Assembly: GCA_977017575.1 (NCBI GenBank)
Contig: CDRNVI010000076.1
Coordinates: 1 to 64,000, forward strand
Direction: 5' to 3'
Source: Paramoeba atlantica
Lineage: Eukaryota > Protista > Discosea
DNA length: 64,000 nt
Shown here: positions 63,733 through 64,000 of the stretch, piece after piece
Layout: the number at the start of each line of letters is the position of its first letter
How positions within the stretch are numbered: position 1 is the first letter of the stretch
Notes under the pieces: model-generated
The model's input: the letters and a program-made list of their open reading frames with translations, nothing else
Told to the model about the DNA's origin: nothing
The model's database searches: none
Program-made: the position numbers and the translations under genes

Positions 63733-64000
63733 AAAAAGTGACAGCTGGCCACCCTATGAAAAAGTGGCCACCTGGCCCCGCTTTGAAAAAGTGGCCACCT
63801 GGCCACCCTATGAAAAAGTGGCCACCTGGCCACCCTATAAAAAAGTGGCCACCTGGCCACCCTATGAAAAACTGGCCAGCTAGCCCCGCTTTGAAAAAGT
63901 GGCCACCTGGCCACCCTATGCGTAACCTGGCCACCCCATAAAAAAGGGGCCACCTGGCCACCCTATCGAAAAGTAGCCACCTGGCCACCCTATGAAAAAG
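63733..64000. repeat. Distal 27-bp array (unit 6), truncated by the window end
   Basis: Same monomers as unit 5, with a private G>C change at 63872. Confidence 0.95.

Larger units (their letters stand above)
1..64000 (+). repeat. Tandem nuclear rDNA array, ~5.8 head-to-tail units (10.9-11.2 kb each)
   Basis: Identical landmarks recur at offsets 11213, 10934, 10934, 10988 and 10926 (ORF track 50, 11263, 22197, 33131, 44119, 55045); each unit has 18S, 5.8S and 28S in the same order. Confidence 0.99.

Overview
The window is a head-to-tail eukaryotic nuclear rDNA array on the + strand: about 5.8 units of 18S-ITS1-5.8S-ITS2-28S-IGS. Unit lengths, from the offsets of identical ORF-track landmarks, are 11,213, 10,934, 10,934, 10,988 and 10,926 bp; the sixth unit is truncated. 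The 18S carries kinetoplastid-type signatures (CCTGGTTGATTCTGCCAG, CCAGCACCCGCGG, GTTAAAGGGTTCGTAGTTG, GACGGAATGGCACCAC, GTAGCTGTAGGTGAACCTGCAGCTGGATCATT). The LSU appears contiguous (about 3.67 kb, no extra spacers) and ITS2 is only about 73 nt. Together these suggest a non-trypanosomatid euglenozoan such as a basal prokinetoplastid or a diplonemid; this is inference and needs BLAST. I can support no protein-coding gene: the ORFs are rRNA shadows, translations of 27-29 bp repeats, or unrecognisable. The rRNA portions look identical between units, and all the variation I found is in the ~5 kb IGS. In order, the IGS holds: duplicated 110/318-bp blocks; a foldback-like segment bounded by a 61-69 bp inverted repeat whose right arm has amplified into a 41-bp palindromic satellite (7 or 9 copies); inside it, a GC-rich multi-hairpin between 21-bp direct repeats and a spliced-leader-like 16-mer; a cluster of 30-34 bp palindromes; two separate arrays sharing the core GTGGCCACCTGGCCAC (27-bp period, 12-25 copies; 28/29-bp period, 7 copies); and between those arrays a 1-kb segment with G.U-containing helices. 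I found no CRISPR, 5S gene, group I intron or R2 insertion. I see no clear new biological system; the foldback-like element and its contents are the most unusual structures.
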